57,948 bases of DNA from a virus. Lineage: Duplodnaviria > Caudoviricetes. This document shows, one piece after another, positions 1-11,100 of the stretch (position 1 is its first letter; each line of letters begins with the position of its first letter). The position numbers were made by a program, and so were the translations under genes. The stretch spans positions 1 to 57,948 of IMG/VR virus record IMGVR_UViG_3300043448_000583; one strand, given 5' to 3'. Below the pieces are notes generated by a model. It saw nothing but the letters and a program-made list of their open reading frames with translations. It was not told where the DNA came from and searched no databases.

Positions 1-13
1 AGGTGTATTAAAT

Positions 14-2227
14 CTATCGTAATCCTGCTATTTTTAAGATAGCACCCAATTCACCACTTTCTCTAGTTACTGGCTTGCCTTTTGGTGGAGGCGCTGTGGC
101 ACCATCTGGAGGACTTGGTACATTATTGGTCACAGGCTTAAACTTGGGATTAGTTGGCTTTGGAGGTGATGATGGTTTATTATATGCCTGTGCACCACCG
201 CCTGCTCTTGCGCTTCCATAATTTGGGCTCATTTGTCCGCTTACAATACCTTCTTCTGCGCCTTGGTCAAAACTTGGTGTTTTAATACCTGATAATTCCA
301 ACATACGAGCCTGTTCATATCGTGAGTGATGACGCTCTTTAAGTTTGCTCATTATACGACCACAGGCACCTTCTACCATACGATCAAACATTTCTGCTTT
401 AGGATGTTTTGGATCAATACGATATTTTTCCTTTAACTCCTTACACATCTTTGTGACAAAGCCTTCTTCACCAATAGTAAATGTACCATTGTTCTCATTG
501 AAGAACCCACTAACACGACTAAAGATTTCATCTACTATACGGTGCATCATCTTTCCTTCCATCATAGGGGCAGGATTTGGTACCATTGGTCCTGGTGCTG
601 CTCCACCGGCTGCTGCCATAGGATCCATTGGAGGTGCTGCTGGTGCTGCCATATCAGGTGCAGGCGGTGCAGCGGCTTCAGGAGGAGGTGCTGCTGGTGC
701 TGGGGCAGGTGGTTGTGCGGGTGGGGGAGGAGCTGCTGGCACTGCGCTTGCTCCATCAAATCCTAAACGATCACTTAAGTCTGTTCCATTCTCTGCATCA
801 TAACTTCTTAAAAATTCATTAATGATTGGTCTAGCATCCATTTCATCTAAACCTAAATCAGCTAACAGAGCAAATGCTTTATTAAGTTTTTTCTCATCAA
901 TCATTCCGGCAACACTATCTATAGCATTATCACCATTTGTACCTAATGGAACTTCACTGGCAAATAATTGTTTCAATTGTTCCATTGCTTGATTTTGTAC
1001 TTCCTCATCACCACTAAAAACATCATCTGTTTCACTGACAATTTGATTCAAATACTGTTCAAATGTACTAAATTCTTTAACGTCTTTTTCCTTACCTTTC
1101 ATAGCCTGCTTGGCAAGATGTTTAGCACGACTTTGTCCACCATGTTCGGCCTTGTCACCGGCATCTTTCTTTTTCTTAGGAGGATCAGGATCAAATGGTG
1201 GATCATTTTCATCATACTCTTTATCACCTTCTAGGATATCATCTGCTGATAACTCTTTAATAGGTATTTGTGTTTCATCAACTAACTTATAGATATATGG
1301 AAAGGCATCTTTAAGTTCTTCATTAAAACTACGTACGGTTAGTCTATCAACCCAATCATTTAATATATCTTCTGGGACTTCATTCTTTTCCGCTACACTG
1401 AAACTTTCTCTAAACTGACCGTAATATTTTTGTGTTTGTAGTGCGTGAATTTCTTCTTTAATACCAGCTATACGCTCAATCACTTTTTCCTGTACAGTGC
1501 TCATATTCTCACTGATTACAGGACTACGATCAACATAATTCTTGAATATTCTTAACTTACCTAATTCTTCACTTAGTCCAATAATATAGTTGCCAATATC
1601 ATCAAAGAAACTACCACCTTCGCTGATATGGTGAGCCATTGCTCTGGCACCATTTAAGTGTTTAATTGGATAGCGAAAACGTTCTCCTATGCTGTTTTCC
1701 ACATAGATATTTTCAATATGTTGAGTACGTCCGTTTGGAGCATTAAAGTTAATAGGCTGTGTGTGCCTTACTATAATCTTTGCTTCACCCATTTCTTGGT
1801 AGCTAGTCTTGCTAGTACCAAATAATTTTGATTCATTCATATTACCTTCCCCGATAGAGTGACGTCTTACTAGATTACTTTGACTTGGGTTTTGTGCGTT
1901 AAAATTAAGTCCATGTGTTTGAGCAAATTTTGGTAATATGCTACGGATAAATCTATCCCAAGACCTACTTTGAACCTGTTCATTCCAACTAACATCTAAT
2001 CCAGGACTGCCATCCCCTTCTTCTTTTTCGTTTAGACTGACTGTTACATTAACTAATTTTTCACCACTTTCATCTACAAAATCAAAATTAAATTTACGGG
2101 CATCTTGATCTTTAAGATTTACTCCATCAATAGGTTTATCGTCTGCTGTACTCTTTTTTAGACTGGGAAATCTAGTCTGTAATTGACGACCCAAATCTAC
2201 AGCTATGCGTTGAAAATTAGCACTCAT
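14..2227 (-). CDS. Large acidic head-associated protein (putative prohead-core or capsid-internal protein) with a Pro/Ala-rich linker
   Basis: 737-aa ORF directly downstream of terL with a late promoter 5 nt before the ATG. It has several hydrophobic-X-E sites resembling T4 gp21 protease sites (MNES, ISEN, ILEG, VSET, MMEG), RMLELSGI and ILKIAGLR motifs, and a PAPA-rich tract at ~560-745. Function is inferred. Confidence 0.45.
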   Translation of the reverse strand: MSANFQRIAVDLGRQLQTRFPSLKKSTADDKPIDGVNLKDQDARKFNFDFVDESGEKLVNVTVSLNEKEEGDGSPGLDVSWNEQVQSRSWDRFIRSILPKFAQTHGLNFNAQNPSQSNLVRRHSIGEGNMNESKLFGTSKTSYQEMGEAKIIVRHTQPINFNAPNGRTQHIENIYVENSIGERFRYPIKHLNGARAMAHHISEGGSFFDDIGNYIIGLSEELGKLRIFKNYVDRSPVISENMSTVQEKVIERIAGIKEEIHALQTQKYYGQFRESFSVAEKNEVPEDILNDWVDRLTVRSFNEELKDAFPYIYKLVDETQIPIKELSADDILEGDKEYDENDPPFDPDPPKKKKDAGDKAEHGGQSRAKHLAKQAMKGKEKDVKEFSTFEQYLNQIVSETDDVFSGDEEVQNQAMEQLKQLFASEVPLGTNGDNAIDSVAGMIDEKKLNKAFALLADLGLDEMDARPIINEFLRSYDAENGTDLSDRLGFDGASAVPAAPPPPAQPPAPAPAAPPPEAAAPPAPDMAAPAAPPMDPMAAAGGAAPGPMVPNPAPMMEGKMMHRIVDEIFSRVSGFFNENNGTFTIGEEGFVTKMCKELKEKYRIDPKHPKAEMFDRMVEGACGRIMSKLKERHHSRYEQARMLELSGIKTPSFDQGAEEGIVSGQMSPNYGSARAGGGAQAYNKPSSPPKPTNPKFKPVTNNVPSPPDGATAPPPKGKPVTRESGELGAILKIAGLR

Positions 2228-2238
2228 AGTAATATTTA

Positions 2239-3816
2239 TTAGAAACTTTGGGAAAGGAAGATTGGTAATGGCGCAACAAAATCATCCTCTGTGTGTACAC
2301 CGCTGAGGCTTTCAAACACTCTAGGATCCCAATCTGCTACTAGATTACTCATTCTACATAGTAATAATAAAGCACTGACAAGATCATCGTGTTCACCCTC
2401 TTTAGCTTTGAAAGTAAAGCCATGTGCTATAAATGACTTTAATTCTGTGATCATAGGGCGACTGGCTATATCCATTTGTCCTGTCTCTATAAGAGCTTTT
2501 AATCTAGCACAAGCAGCAATTTTAGCACTATGCGTGGTGTTAAATCCTTTTCGAAACTTGCGTACATGTCCTTTGCGTATTGGTTCGCTTACCATAAGTC
2601 CAGGAAATTTTTCTTCACCTTGATCACGTATAACAACAAGTCCTGCCTCACCTACGGTATTATTTTCTATACTCCAATAAATGTTGTTTGGGTTTACTTT
2701 TTCAGCTAGATGATCTAATATATCTTTTAATACCTTAATCTGACCCTGTATTGGTGTAATATTATGATACCACTCTGCTATTTGCTTGAATGTAGGAAGT
2801 TCAAACACTACAATAGCACTATAGTTTCCACCAGTACCTAAACTAGGATCCAATGCTACAAGATATAGCATTTCTGGATCTATCTTACGATACCAACGTG
2901 TTTGCCCCATTTTCCATATAGGATCACGTCCAACAAGTTCACTTAATCTAATACTGTTGATCAGCGTTTCATCATAGATCAAGAACTCACAGCCATATTC
3001 ACGACGGAAACGTTCTTCACCAATACGACCTTGTTCTTCTCTAGCCCACTTCTCATCACGATCTGGGTGTTCATTCCAACTACAAGTAAACGGGAAGAAT
3101 CCATTCAATCCCAGTTCTGCCTCATTGCCAAACTCGTCAAACTTATTATTAGCTTCTTTCCATATATTAGCAAAAGTATCCTCATCACTGTTTGGGGTAC
3201 TGGTAATAATAGCACGACCACCAGTTGCTAGTGTTGGAGATATTGAAGTCCAAAACTCGTCAGCAATATTAGGTGGAACGAAAGCAAACTCATCACAGTA
3301 TAGTAGGGATATGGACATACCACGACCAGTATTACCAGTAGTTGTAGCACTGACAATACGACTACCGTTATCAAATTCTATACTACCTTTGTTATAGTTT
3401 ATAACACCACAACGTATAAAATCAGGACACAATTCATAAGCATAACGTAATCGTTGCATAATTTCGTATGCACCAGTGTATTTGTGTGCTGCTATAAGAA
3501 TTGTTTGATCTGGGTTAAACATAGCATACCATAACAAATAACACACAGCACAGGTAGTTTTGCCCATCTGACGTGGTAGCATATTAACTGTGAACCTATG
3601 ATTATGATAGGCATGCATGAGCCTTTCTTGAAAGTCAAAAGGTTCAAATAACAACTTACCTTGTACAGGATGTTGAATATAGTAGAAGTTTTTGCTAAAA
3701 TGTAGATATCCAGTATCAGGATCGCTACATAGTAGCAAATCCTGAATCTGTTGTTCTGTAAATTTTTCTTTCTTGTGTGCTTTTTTAGTTAGTACACCAT
3801 CTAACGACTTAACCAT
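2239..3816 (-). CDS. terL: Terminase large subunit (T4 gp17-like)
   Basis: Walker A PRQMGKTT, Walker B LLYCDE, coupling motif ITSTPN, RNase H-like nuclease motifs VALDPSLG and HDDLV; 525 aa, uninterrupted. Confidence 0.96.
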   Translation of the reverse strand: MVKSLDGVLTKKAHKKEKFTEQQIQDLLLCSDPDTGYLHFSKNFYYIQHPVQGKLLFEPFDFQERLMHAYHNHRFTVNMLPRQMGKTTCAVCYLLWYAMFNPDQTILIAAHKYTGAYEIMQRLRYAYELCPDFIRCGVINYNKGSIEFDNGSRIVSATTTGNTGRGMSISLLYCDEFAFVPPNIADEFWTSISPTLATGGRAIITSTPNSDEDTFANIWKEANNKFDEFGNEAELGLNGFFPFTCSWNEHPDRDEKWAREEQGRIGEERFRREYGCEFLIYDETLINSIRLSELVGRDPIWKMGQTRWYRKIDPEMLYLVALDPSLGTGGNYSAIVVFELPTFKQIAEWYHNITPIQGQIKVLKDILDHLAEKVNPNNIYWSIENNTVGEAGLVVIRDQGEEKFPGLMVSEPIRKGHVRKFRKGFNTTHSAKIAACARLKALIETGQMDIASRPMITELKSFIAHGFTFKAKEGEHDDLVSALLLLCRMSNLVADWDPRVFESLSGVHTEDDFVAPLPIFLSQSF

Positions 3817-4445
3817 TATCTAACTTTAATTTCTTTGTATAAATTTAGTAAACGATAGCGTAAGTTTTCACTCATCTGCTGCATGGGGTTATCACCACCT
3901 GCTACTTTAGGAAATGTCTTTTTTGGTCTATCTAAACCTTCACCGCTACCATCTGTTCCTGACATACGATCAAATCCTGCGGCCATACGTTCCTGTGGTT
4001 CATTAGAATATTCTTCATCCACATCTGGTTCACGACCAAACATAGGTTTTTGTCCATCTGAATCATCATCGCCGCCCATGTCATCACTTGGAGGTTCATC
4101 CCCACTATCATCCATGTCTGGACTACCATCTGGACCCATATCAGAACTATCATCTTGGCCATCTGATCCTATGCTTAATATACCGCCTGCTGGTCCTGCA
4201 TCTGGATCATCCATTCCCATGCCACTGTCGTCGCCTTTGCCTTGTAGAATGTTTAGTAGTTCACGTATACCTTCTGCACCACTAGCGTTCATATTAACAC
4301 TCATAGTAGTTGGACGTTCGTCCATACCACCTATTGGGCTCATACCCATCATGCCACATTCTTCTACTGGCTGTTCACTTTCGTTTAGGATTTGGCGTCC
4401 TTGATCTAAATCTGCTATTTTTTTATAAAGTTTGTTAAAATCCAT
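3816..4445 (-). CDS. Acidic low-complexity protein, putative scaffold or internal head protein
   Basis: 209 aa, rich in D/G/M/P. LNES, VEEC and MSEN are possible processing sites. Its stop overlaps the terL ATG. Confidence 0.4.
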   Translation of the reverse strand: MDFNKLYKKIADLDQGRQILNESEQPVEECGMMGMSPIGGMDERPTTMSVNMNASGAEGIRELLNILQGKGDDSGMGMDDPDAGPAGGILSIGSDGQDDSSDMGPDGSPDMDDSGDEPPSDDMGGDDDSDGQKPMFGREPDVDEEYSNEPQERMAAGFDRMSGTDGSGEGLDRPKKTFPKVAGGDNPMQQMSENLRYRLLNLYKEIKVR

Positions 4446-4446
4446 G

Positions 4447-5004
4447 TTAGCGTCCTTTTTCTTTTGGTGATGATCCTGTAGGCACGCTCTTGGCTAATAA
4501 CTGATCATTTACACCTTTAACTTGTTCACCTGCGTGTTTTACTTTACCCAACTCTTGTAAGAAGCTAAGTCTTTTATCTCCTACAAGATGTTGATAATTG
4601 GATTCTTCGTATGGTTTGCTCAATAAAGCTTCTGTGCTTGTACCAATTCTTTTATATGCTTCTATATTATTAGTTTGTTCTGCGTCTTCAGAATCAGTTT
4701 TAACTCTGATACATGATGTGTGTACTCTTAGCTTTTCTGCTAGATATGTAGCTAATTCTACTGTGTTAGCAGGATAGTTACAGGTAACATCAAATATATT
4801 TACATGAGTAAATTTTTGATCAGGAAAGTCTAAAGGAGACTCTGTTATAGGAGTTCTTTTAGGTTTACTTACATTAGTACAGTCAAATTTGTTCAAAGCA
4901 ATTTTCATTTGCTCACTGACTTTTTTATCGACTTCACCTGCGATCTTTATTTTAAAACTATAAGTTTTTTTACTTTCTGAAAGGTATTCTTTAAATGTAC
5001 TCAT
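4447..5004 (-). CDS. Hypothetical head protein with a T4 internal-protein-like N-terminal capsid-targeting sequence
   Basis: N-terminus MSTFKEYLSES resembles the T4 IP signal MKTYQEFIAE; late promoter at 5023-5030. Confidence 0.45.
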   Translation of the reverse strand: MSTFKEYLSESKKTYSFKIKIAGEVDKKVSEQMKIALNKFDCTNVSKPKRTPITESPLDFPDQKFTHVNIFDVTCNYPANTVELATYLAEKLRVHTSCIRVKTDSEDAEQTNNIEAYKRIGTSTEALLSKPYEESNYQHLVGDKRLSFLQELGKVKHAGEQVKGVNDQLLAKSVPTGSSPKEKGR

Positions 5005-5025
5005 ACTATTTCCAATATAGTATAT

Positions 5026-5502
5026 TTATTTCATATTTTTAAGTTTTTCAAGTAAGCTGTTTCTGTCAGCAACAATATATCCATCACCTGGAATATTAAT
5101 ACCCTTATTGGTATCTGATTCAGCATCTTGATCTAACTTAGCTTTTTTCAATTGTAATTCTATCATTCTGAGTTTTTTGTCTACCTTCGCAGCCTTAGCT
5201 TCTATAGCATTTTTAAGCATGGTACCAGCTACTTCAAAAATACGACCACTATAACGTGCTTCTACATTCATGCCCAAGTCCATTAGATCATCATAGGCAT
5301 TTGTAGCACGATCGGCTAGTTCATCAAACTCATTATCACTCAAGTCACCCAAGCCTTTAACCTGTGGCAACGCAGCACTGATTTTATCAAACTCTGCTAT
5401 GTCTCTTAAGAAAGTTTCTGGCTTGTTTTTTTCTTTCTTTTCTTCACTAGCAAGTTTTTTACTTTCTGGTAAATTTAATACTTCTTCGAGCTTTTTTGTC
5501 AT
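5026..5502 (-). CDS. terS: Terminase small subunit (T4 gp16-like)
   Basis: 158 aa, helical. GRIFEVAGTMLK and C-terminal ADRNSLLEKL parallel gp16-family motifs; lies close to terL. Confidence 0.65.
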   Translation of the reverse strand: MTKKLEEVLNLPESKKLASEEKKEKNKPETFLRDIAEFDKISAALPQVKGLGDLSDNEFDELADRATNAYDDLMDLGMNVEARYSGRIFEVAGTMLKNAIEAKAAKVDKKLRMIELQLKKAKLDQDAESDTNKGINIPGDGYIVADRNSLLEKLKNMK

Positions 5503-5509
5503 ATTTTAT

Positions 5510-5947
5510 TTATCGACGTCGACCTTGGTGGAAAATATCTGTTTCATTCAAAACTCTAAAGTTTAATCCAGAATTTTTACACCATGTTGTAGCTGCTGCC
5601 CATTTAGCTTGATTTACTACGAAGGAACTAGCTCTAGCATGATTGTTTCCTACCTTTTCCATTATCTGCTGATTTTGAGGTTTAATCTCTATAATTTCTG
5701 TCAACATCTTTCCTTTTTTATCTATATATTGTATAAAAAAGTCAGGAACATAAATTGTTTGTCTACCTGATAAAGGATTTTTGTAAGGTATTTTAACGGG
5801 TTCACTGGCCCAACGTTGTATACTTGGGTTATTATCACAAAAGTTCATGAATGCCCATTCCCAACTACTACGGTATGTTGGGGTTCTCAATCCAACATAT
5901 TTTTCTGGGTGTTTCGGGCTAAATTTACCTTTGGCAAATTTGCTCAT
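5510..5947 (-). CDS. gp4: Head completion nuclease (T4 gp4-like, TnsA-N PD-(D/E)XK fold)
   Basis: Motifs KY.G...YRSSWE, WASE, YVPDF, IEIKP, NQAKW.AA. Confidence 0.9.
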   Translation of the reverse strand: MSKFAKGKFSPKHPEKYVGLRTPTYRSSWEWAFMNFCDNNPSIQRWASEPVKIPYKNPLSGRQTIYVPDFFIQYIDKKGKMLTEIIEIKPQNQQIMEKVGNNHARASSFVVNQAKWAAATTWCKNSGLNFRVLNETDIFHQGRRR

Positions 5948-6297
5948 ACAAGAATATTGCGACTCTCAAAACTAGTGTCTTTTTTTGAGTTTTTATATCC
6001 TAACACACTAGTTTGAATTCTATAATAATTTAATATTTGTGTAACTATTTGACCTAATTGTACGTTGGTAAAACTTTTAAGTTTATCTAATAATTCAAAA
6101 ACATTTACATTATCAACTCTAGCTTGATTTAATAAAACTATGCCTGTGGTACGAGCAGCTTGTTCCTCAAATCCCCTACGCATAAAAAATCCAAGTACAG
6201 CGTCTATTTGGTTACTTGGAAAACTAACTTCTGTACTGAAATAATTATCAAAGAAAACTCTAGTTTCTTTTGGGTCAGTATTTGTTGGTATGTTCAA
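5944..6297 (-). CDS. Hypothetical protein
   Basis: 117-aa ORF with 4-bp ATGA overlaps to both neighbouring genes. Confidence 0.7.
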   Translation of the reverse strand: MNIPTNTDPKETRVFFDNYFSTEVSFPSNQIDAVLGFFMRRGFEEQAARTTGIVLLNQARVDNVNVFELLDKLKSFTNVQLGQIVTQILNYYRIQTSVLGYKNSKKDTSFESRNILV

Positions 6298-7367
6298 CCT
6301 CCACCTCCAAGATCTGTATTATTATTTAAATCACTTCTTGGAGCTGCTATTGTTCTGTTAGAAGTGCCTGTTGTAATTCCAGGAAAGGATGTACCTTTTA
6401 AAGCACTGAATCCGGCAGCAGCCACGCCTAATCCAACATTAGTGGCTAAATTATTCACTTCATTTTTAACAGTGCTCTTTTTAAGACTTTTTGCGTTTTT
6501 CACAGTGTTCACAGCAGCAATGGCGGCATTTAAAACATTACCCTTGCTCCATTGATCTGCGGCTGTTGCTACACCGTCAAATACTCCACCTACTCCAAAG
6601 ACGGTACTTGAACCACCGCCTAATGGACTTAATGGACTAGGCACTTTATCATAATGATCCTGTGCAAATCCTAAGATTTTTCCACTATCAACAGTGCCTA
6701 TATCATAGTGTAATGCTTCATAGACTATGGTCATTTGACATTCTGCACCTTGACTTCCGTTGTCACTCATGTTAGCAGTGTCGTGTTGAAAGTTTTGAAT
6801 ATGAGGATTTTTTAGTGTGTAACTAACAAATTCTTTTTTATTAATTTGATATAAAATTATTTCATTAAAAAAGGGTATAGTTGAGTTGTTATCAAATCCA
6901 TAGGTATTAGAAACTGTACCCCAGTTTCTCATAGCATTTCTTTTATAGCTTCCAGGATCTTTTGAAGTTATACTATCTGAATAATAATAAGCATAATAAC
7001 TTTGCCAAAGCATATTAACAATATTAGCTCTATCATCATGAAACCTAAAAGTCATCGGTCCAAAATCATGAGTTGTTTGAATAACTTTTTTTCTATTATA
7101 CTGATTAAGTGTTTGCGTTTTTATATTAATTTTAGGAAAATCAACTTGTTTTACCAATAAACCTAATTCAGTTCTATGTCTTTGATCCAGTTGTGGGAAC
7201 TTAACCGTACTAGGATTTATTTTAAAAAAACAATGAAATAGAAATTTAGCTTTAGGAGCAAGTCTAAAATAGTCGTCAACAAAGGTTCGTGCGGCATGCT
7301 GCCAATCACCCATTTGACCTTTTGGACTTAAAAATCCACTAGCTACGCTACTTAAAAATCCTGCCAT
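6294..7367 (-). CDS. Tail-tube-fold protein (gp19/gp54-like baseplate tube initiator)
   Basis: LVKQVDFPKI...NQYNRK...PMTFRFHDD and MTIVYE tube-fold pattern; adjacent to the tail tube gene; perfect TATAAATA upstream. Confidence 0.65.
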   Translation of the reverse strand: MAGFLSSVASGFLSPKGQMGDWQHAARTFVDDYFRLAPKAKFLFHCFFKINPSTVKFPQLDQRHRTELGLLVKQVDFPKINIKTQTLNQYNRKKVIQTTHDFGPMTFRFHDDRANIVNMLWQSYYAYYYSDSITSKDPGSYKRNAMRNWGTVSNTYGFDNNSTIPFFNEIILYQINKKEFVSYTLKNPHIQNFQHDTANMSDNGSQGAECQMTIVYEALHYDIGTVDSGKILGFAQDHYDKVPSPLSPLGGGSSTVFGVGGVFDGVATAADQWSKGNVLNAAIAAVNTVKNAKSLKKSTVKNEVNNLATNVGLGVAAAGFSALKGTSFPGITTGTSNRTIAAPRSDLNNNTDLGGGG

Positions 7368-7371
7368 ACTA

Positions 7372-7379
7372 TATTTATA
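7372..7379 (-). promoter_or_regulatory. T4-type late promoter TATAAATA, 4 nt before the ATG
   Basis: Minus strand reads TATAAATA-TAGT-ATG. Confidence 0.75.
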
Positions 7380-7417
7380 ACCAAAGATTATAATATATTA
7401 TAATGATTTTTAGTCAA

Positions 7418-7443
7418 CAAAAAAGGGCCTAAGCCCCTTTTTG
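7418..7443 (-). terminator. Intrinsic terminator after the tail tube gene, possibly bidirectional
   Basis: Minus strand reads CAAAAAGGGGC-TTAG-GCCCTTTTTTG, 12 nt after the stop at 7456. Confidence 0.85.
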
Positions 7444-7455
7444 TATAGGATATTT

Positions 7456-8127
7456 TTAGCCGCCACCAAATGATGTTTGACCAGGAGCAGTTGCCTGACC
7501 ACCACCAGCTTGACCACCTAACTCACGTAATACTCTGCCAACTGTAACGCCAACACCAGCACTATCAACTGGGACTTGTATACAGTTATCAGGCTGTATA
7601 GTAAGATCAATAGTTTGTGGAGCTGCTTCTTGATAACTCAATGATTGCCAATTAGCCTGTGTAATGTAGCAACCTAGACATTCCCATCTTTCTAAAACGC
7701 CGACTTCAAATGCGCCATTACCACCATCTAATACTTCGATTACTAGTTTAAATTTGTAGTCACCACTGGCACTGGCACTGGCTTGCTCATAGAAGTCAAA
7801 TTGTTTCTGCATTTGCTCACCAACTAGCTTGCTTACAAAGCCTTGCTGATCGTCTCTTAAGCTGACAGCAATAGCCTGCCAACTTGGTTTACCAGCATAA
7901 TTAATCTTACTGTTGTATGTATGAAGTTCTTGATTTTGAAATTGAACATTGGGCTTGGCTGCTGTAGCAACTTGTTTGGTCAATTCATAAACATTTTGTC
8001 CTGTACCAAAATTTTCAAAAGTAAGTCTGAAACGATATTTTAGTTTAGGCATTAAAGTACCTTGACTACTAGCACTTTGATTTGTTGCTAAAGGTACTGT
8101 AAATTTATTTAAACTTGCTACTGGCAT
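7456..8127 (-). CDS. gp19: Tail tube protein (gp19-like)
   Basis: LMPKLKYRFR, YAGKPSW..I.V.LRDD, VLERWECLGCYI; directly downstream of the sheath gene; GGAG Shine-Dalgarno (SD) and late promoter GATAAATA at 8148-8155. Confidence 0.85.
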   Translation of the reverse strand: MPVASLNKFTVPLATNQSASSQGTLMPKLKYRFRLTFENFGTGQNVYELTKQVATAAKPNVQFQNQELHTYNSKINYAGKPSWQAIAVSLRDDQQGFVSKLVGEQMQKQFDFYEQASASASGDYKFKLVIEVLDGGNGAFEVGVLERWECLGCYITQANWQSLSYQEAAPQTIDLTIQPDNCIQVPVDSAGVGVTVGRVLRELGGQAGGGQATAPGQTSFGGG

Positions 8128-8157
8128 AGTATTAACTCCGTTTTAATTATTTATCTA

Positions 8158-11100
8158 TTATAGTCCGCCAATTTCACCAGTGTTCTTCAAACGCAATGGA
8201 ATATAAATGAATTCAACTGCTTTTACTGGTTCTATAGCAATATCTACATACAGCTCATTTTTGTCAATTCTACTTGGTGTATTGTTACTCTCATCACACA
8301 CTACAATGTAATCATATAGAGCCCTTTGTCCAACTAGTTCAAGCATTAGAGCATCACAGGCACTCTTGATCTGATCTCTAGTGATTTTATCATTTGGTTC
8401 AAAGATATATGGTTTAGCTAAAATATCTAATTGTCTACGTAGATAAACTACTAGTCTTGCTACATTGATTCGATCAAGGGCACTGTCTGCTTTAGCTCTA
8501 GTCTTTTGTCCATAGTTAACTAATCCAACACCTGTAAAGAATGTAATAGGATTAACTTTAACTTCATAAAGAGTATCACGAGCAGCATTGCTTAGAGCAA
8601 CTACAACAAATTCGCCTTCTTTATCAACATATCCTACATTAGTTGCGTTTGTAATACCGCCTCTACGTGTACCTGCTGGAGCGAACCATGGGAAGCTGAC
8701 ACTGTCACTTAATGCTATAGTTCTTAACATCATATGACTTGGTGGTACAACAATATTGTTACCAAAGTTATCACTTGTGAAACCCCATGGATAAAACATG
8801 GCTAGATATTCATCATAGCTTGCTCCTCCAAAGTCATTGTCTTCCATAGCTAGTTTTAAGTTATCACCCCAAGATTTCAAACTTGTTGCGTCTGGGGTAA
8901 GTCTAGCTGGTGTATCACCTACAACAAAGCCTGTTAGTGCTCTATCATAATTTAGGCTAATTAATTCACCAATAAGTTCTGGATATCCTGGGCAAGCTAG
9001 TAAATTGAATACACGAGCTTCTTCACGAATATCTCTTGAACTGTTGGTCACTGCCTGTAGTGCTTGTACTACCACTCTACGCTGTGCCATACGACCAAAA
9101 TTACCAGCACCGTTTTCAGCACGGCCACTAATTGTAACCCAACGATGTTGGTAGTAGTTACTCATTGGAGCATTGTTCATTCTTGGGTTATCTGCGTCAA
9201 CATCAATATAATTTTGTCTAAATTCTTTTACATTGAATCCACTGCGACGCATATTCCATAACAACATTCCCCTAGGATATAAAGCAGGATCTGGAGCATC
9301 TGGATCTAGGAAATCACTGGATAGTAGATCAGCGATTGTAGAATTAACATCACTACCATCTACATTCCAACGTGCATCAGCAAATAGTACTCCATCTTCA
9401 CTACTTTGATCAGTCTTATCAACTAATACCCATCTTGTAGCAATAGGACCTAACTTAGATGCATCAAATCTATAGATCATTGGATAGTTTTCTAAATCAC
9501 TAGTATCAATCCATAAATCTCCATCTTCTAATTGTGTTCCATCACTTTGTAATACTGGTCTTGACGCACCAACTAATGGGCCATTAGGATCAGTGCTTGA
9601 AAACTGATTAGCATAACCTACCCATGTGTCACCATCGTGTACCATGATATCTACTTCATCAACTACACTACTGTACCATACTTTACCATCTGCTGTTAGT
9701 GCTTGTGGTGAGGTAGTACTTGCTGTGAATGATAGTGGTTCCCAATGAGTTATCATCCAACCATTACTACCATCTGGATATGCTTGTAAATCTGGGTTGG
9801 CTACAGAAACAAATAATGTTTCTATAAGATCATTACTTCCCCAATTACCATCATTAATTCTTATTTCACCACCTAGTCTATGACTTAGTACAAGTCTATT
9901 AGCATCATCAACTTCTGCTATAGTATTTGTAAGACCCATACTATTGATAGCAGTAGCTATGATTTCTGCGTCATCTGCTGTATTTGTTAAAGTGAAACTA
10001 GTATAATAAAACCAAGATAATTCTTTAGACCCAGCTGTTGATTCTCTAATTTCTAATGTCCTGTTGCCTGATCCTAAAGTACCAGTCTTAATAATCTGAC
10101 TTGTAACCTTTGATGGACCTGCTGCTCTTTTTCTATATAATTTAAAATCTGCAACTGCTTGTGGGTCTCTCCACCACCAATAACTATAGAAATTTTCTTC
10201 AGAATTTACTTGACAATAAATTGCGCCTACAGGTATGTTAACACCGCCAGCTCTATCTAAATTGTAAATTGCTTCATGATTATTTTCATAAAGAGGAGAA
10301 TTTACAACTTCCCAAATTTCACTTTCACTATTATATCTCTTTAGATTTAATCTTGTTCCGCCATTTGGTTCAGTAGTTTTAATCCAAACGCTACCACTTG
10401 GTCTTGGTTCCTGATCTGTTCTTCTAAATGGTGGTACTTGTGTATGCGGTGTCATAGCCAATGATGGTCTATAATAATCGCCTGCTGTTAATCCTAGATC
10501 ATTTAGAGCAGTACCACCAAGTGTAAATCCATTGTCACTAGTGACAAAAAGAACTAGTCTTCCACTGGCACTTAATCCTGCTGATGCATTTGATCCAGGA
10601 GGTAATTCAGCATTGATTTCATTAACTATATCCTGTGTAGTTGTTCCACCACCTACACCATTAATAGTAACTGTTTGGCCATCTACAATTATGGTTTTAT
10701 TAATAGAACCAGTAATGTTAGATAATGTGCTTACAGCGACTGGCCAACTCTTTGCCCAATCACTGCTACCAACTACTACCCAAGTACCTGGGTCAATACC
10801 CTCTACAGCATTACCGGCACTCTTAAACCAAACAACATCTGATCCTGAATAACTTGTGTCTAAATTCATTAAACTTACTACAGCGTAGTCACCAATAGCA
10901 CCTACACTACCTTTTGGTGTATAATCACCGTTGGCAAAGTCAACTACTTTGGCAGTATCTGTAATTATGATAGCATTTTTCTTTGTGAATGTTTGGCCTT
11001 TTCCTGTACCCTTAGGATCTCCATTCCATTCAAATACTCCCCATGTACTATTGGCAGTATCTAACCAATATGTTCCATTATTAGGAGCTGCTTTAGGAGC

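Noticed and set aside
2239-3816. Intein or intron in terL (also checked gp46 and gp47)
   Set aside because: Lengths are normal, motifs are contiguous, and no intein C/S…HN signatures are present.
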